From Eledone cirrhosa (lineage: Eukaryota): a DNA stretch of 64,000 nucleotides. Location: positions 31,434,001-31,498,000 of the forward strand of contig OZ024743.1 in assembly GCA_964016885.1 (NCBI GenBank), given 5' to 3'. A model generated the notes under the pieces. The model was not told where the DNA came from and made no database searches. It saw only the letters and a program-made list of their open reading frames with translations. The position numbers were made by a program, and so were the translations under genes. Position 1 is the stretch's first letter. Each line of letters begins with the position of its first letter. Positions 60,690 through 64,000 of the stretch are shown here, one piece after another.

Positions 60690-61438
60690 AAATGGAGAAT
60701 AGGAAGGCTGAGTAGTTGCTAGTTAAGGTAGGCTTAAAATTAAGAAGAAAGCAATAACGGTGGAGGGGAGTTTTCCTCATCAGTTGTCTACTGGGGGGGT
60801 CTCGGATATTTCAACGCTTTAAAGACAATATATCTACCCCCACAGCGTTCAATAACTAGGTAGGTTATTGGGAAAACGGAGGAGAGAGGAAAGGAAAATA
60901 GAAACGAAAAGGGAGAAAGGGAAGAAAAGAGAAAAAAAACAGCGAAAAAACAACAAACCGGAGAATGTACGACCAACTTCAAGAAAGAAAATCCAAGTCC
61001 ACAACGGAGCTGAACGTAAGCTCTAAAGTGTGCGGACGAATAAAAAGACCCGTCTGATCCCAGCGAGTGTAAGTGATTAAAGGACGGCTAGAGGGTCAGG
61101 CGAGGGAAACAATAATATGGCTGGCAGAGAGAGTGAGTGAAAGTGAGAGGGAGAAAGGGAGCGGAAGAAAGAGGGGGAGAGTAGAGCAACGAAATAGATA
61201 GGTAGAAGGAAAGTGAAGACGTGTCACAGCGAAACATGATAAAATAAATGGAGAATAGGAAGGATGTGTAGTTGCTAGTTAAGGTAGGCTTAAAATTAAG
61301 AAGAAACCAAGAACGGAGTGGGGAGTTGTTCTCACCAGTTGTCTACTGAGGGTCTCGGATATTTCAACGCTTTAAAGACAATATATCTACCCACAGAGCG
61401 TGTAATACTTAGGTAAGTTATTGGGAAATCGGTGGAGA
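60690..61438. repeat. ~195-bp direct repeat pair (60690-60887, 61246-61438)
   Basis: Shared AAATGGAGAATAGGAAGG..GTTAAGGTAGGCTTAAAATTAAGAAGAAA..GGTCTCGGATATTTCAACGCTTTAAAGACAATATATCTACCC. Confidence 0.85.
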
Positions 61439-61839
61439 TATATATTAATGATAATTGCGAAGACCAGATATGGATAGAATCTGTGGGGATACGTATTTCT
61501 GTGACCTTCATGATTACACAGTGCAGTCATAAATAAACCACCAATAATATATCTTCAGGCAATAATAATTTAATGTAACATTCCTATGGGCTATAGATAA
61601 GGCGAAGGATTAATACCATGTTTCTTCTATTGTATAAGAGAACAGACTACAGAATGCGAAACACGTTATTATCCCAACCCCTTCGTAATTATAATTAATG
61701 GTCTTATAGCCTGTCATGGACTACCGAATCCCATTTGTAATGAATATACATGATGAATGATTGAATCAAATTGCAGCAGTATTTTACTAACTGTAATGTT
61801 ACATACACTGCTCTTGTCATAGTCAGATATCATTGTGGG

Positions 61840-62450
61840 CACGAGCGTAAAACAATTATTTAAGGATGTGAAATATGGTCAAAATACTGTGGGCATATCT
61901 AGCGTCTCCTTCGTTTTCACCAACACGGTTTGCACTCGATTCTCACGATCTAATGAAGGTCACAACAGATATTGGTGTACTGCAGCGTTCCTGTTTTCCC
62001 GGCATCGCATCAATGATAATGAAACGCCCTCTCTATTCAACACTCAAACGCACTTTAAAAACTTGCAGAAGATAGGTCATCGAAATAGATATATGAGGAA
62101 AGCATTCTAAAGACAGAGCCTAGTGATGGATTATGATTCTTAGCCGCTTAAGGAATAAGAACAGACGCAGATGGAGTAGGATGAAGTGAAACCATCAGCT
62201 AAGTATAAAAGGTGTTTCAAAGAAACTCTTTCCTGTGAGACATAGAAACGTATTTACATATCAAAAACTGGGCAACTAAGCCATAGCATACGTGATACCC
62301 CTGGAAATAACAAAATAGTGTATGGTAGTCTTCTTTTGCATGTGGCATTTGTACCACAAGTTATCTCTCTGCAAGTGGGCTAACGCGGTACTACAAATCC
62401 TGCCCCGCCAATGCAACTCAAGCAGGTGGCAAAGGATGTGCATCTGAGTA
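61840..62450 (+). mobile_element. RTE-clade LINE 3' relic
   Basis: Manual translation: *GCEIWSKYCGHI*RLLRFHQHGLHSILTI / TTDIGVLQRSCFPGIASMIMKRPL / LKRTLKTC..KDRA** / FACGICTTSYLSASGLTRYYKSC, typical of RTE thumb and C-terminal finger. Confidence 0.75.
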
Positions 62451-64000
62451 GTAGGACATGCGAGTCATATCCTGGTTTGATGAGCCATGCGGTATCAGTG
62501 ACAGCGACATTAATAATCTGACTTTGCACGAGTTGACTTCTACCATAATTATGTATATTGTTTCTAGTATTATAGTATATGTAAGAGAATATGTATATGT
62601 ATATATAAGTATATATGTATATGTATATATAAGTGTATATATAAGTGTATATATAAGTATATATAAGTATATATATGTATATATAAGTATGTATGTGTGT
62701 GTTATATTAAAATATGAAGCAAATATTTCCAAATATATAGAAACTGATGATCGAAGAAATATGTTGAAATGACTGCTAATGTCACATGTGCCCCAAAAAT
62801 ATAAAATTATGATGCAAGTGTTAAATATGTATATATCAAATTCGAATGTAAAACATTTTTATGTTTCATCATTTATCCAATGTTACTTGAACGCATATGA
62901 AATATAACTTCAAGTAATAATTATATTTGCTTCACTTCTAGTTTTTCATTCATTCCATCACCAAAGTCCACTAATTCAGTTATCTGCTACTTTAGCTAAT
63001 TATTCCAGACAGATGCACTAAGGAATTCACATTCAGATTTTAATATCTCATCTCAATGGAGAATATGGAAAAAAACATAGCTATTGTTACAATTGTTTTT
63101 GTAAAAGTCGATTCTATGTTGTTATATAAAAAGTATTCTATACGTTGGACATGATGCGACACTTTAGCAAAGAAATTACATAATATTCTGAATATGTATA
63201 ATTACACCAAATAATAGTGTACATATTAATGCTGTTAAGTTGGTGGGAGGATATATTTGGCTACAAAGATATCAGAATTCACAAAATATATTTTTCTCAG
63301 AAGACGCAACGCATTCTCTGGCTCCTACTAATGAGGAAGACACTTGCTAAATGTAAGGAAATTATATGCAGTATGTTAGATTTTAATATCTTTAGGATAC
63401 AGAGAGGAAAATATCAATCAGCTTCTAATTCTATTTACAACACTTCAAATCGAAAACAAAGACAAATGGGTTTTATATTACTCTACTGTAAAATGAATTA
63501 CAGACTATTGTTTTGATGTGACGGGCTTTTTGAATTAGATTTAGATATATGAAAAAGATAAAAATGGTATGTAGTAGCTGGCACATGGATTCAGCTACAA
63601 TACAACCTATATGTTTCTGAAAACTTATAATGTTTCACTTGCGAAACTTATGTTCACTTTGTCGATAGACTTACGTGAATTAAAAATGTATGAATGTTTC
63701 GACTAACAAATATATATTGCCCCAATAAAAACAAAAATATTTCGCTAAACCAAATGAATCTAATTAAGAATTGAATGTTAAACTATTATATAAGTAATGA
63801 CAAAATTATATGGCAAAGAAATGAGTGAATATAAAGAAATGTAGTGGGTAAATTGTCGAATCATAAATATGATATACGGAATGTCATGGCAGAAAGATTC
63901 TGAAAGGTTTGGCATGGAATATAGGCGAAAAATTCCAACGACAATTTCCTAGATGTGAAATTCAATTCTGTAAAAGAAACATATCTGCTAAAACATTCTA

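Overview
This is an AT-rich eukaryotic window made mostly of repeats, with no host protein-coding exon that I can support. The SINE family and the very long (TA)n/(TG)n/(CT)n arrays look like an octopus (cephalopod) genome; this is an inference. Main contents: (1) a decayed R4/Dong-type RLE non-LTR retrotransposon (~680-4640, -); (2) a near-intact Penelope-like element (PLE) of Naiad type with RT + C-terminal GIY-YIG (11178-15978, +) and a ~970-bp inverted repeat; (3) at least four further PLE relics and many PLE-derived fold-back fragments, nearly all bordered by (TA)n; (4) about a dozen minimal type I hammerhead ribozyme (HHR) motifs, some degenerate; (5) about 11 copies of a tRNA-type SINE; (6) an RTE LINE relic (~61840-62450). 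Two signals are not explained by these repeats. One is a ~4.3-kb microsatellite-free decayed coding region (~35300-39600, -) whose 5' part shows, in order, motifs resembling a viral VP39/orbivirus-VP4-type cap 2'-O-methyltransferase, so it is a candidate endogenous viral element. The other is a ~361-bp tandem duplication (26907-27649) with a GC-rich core that folds into a conserved, possibly pseudoknotted RNA matching no class I recognise. Most ORF-track entries (YI/VC/HT/LS runs) are microsatellite artefacts. All folds, alignments and translations were done by eye.
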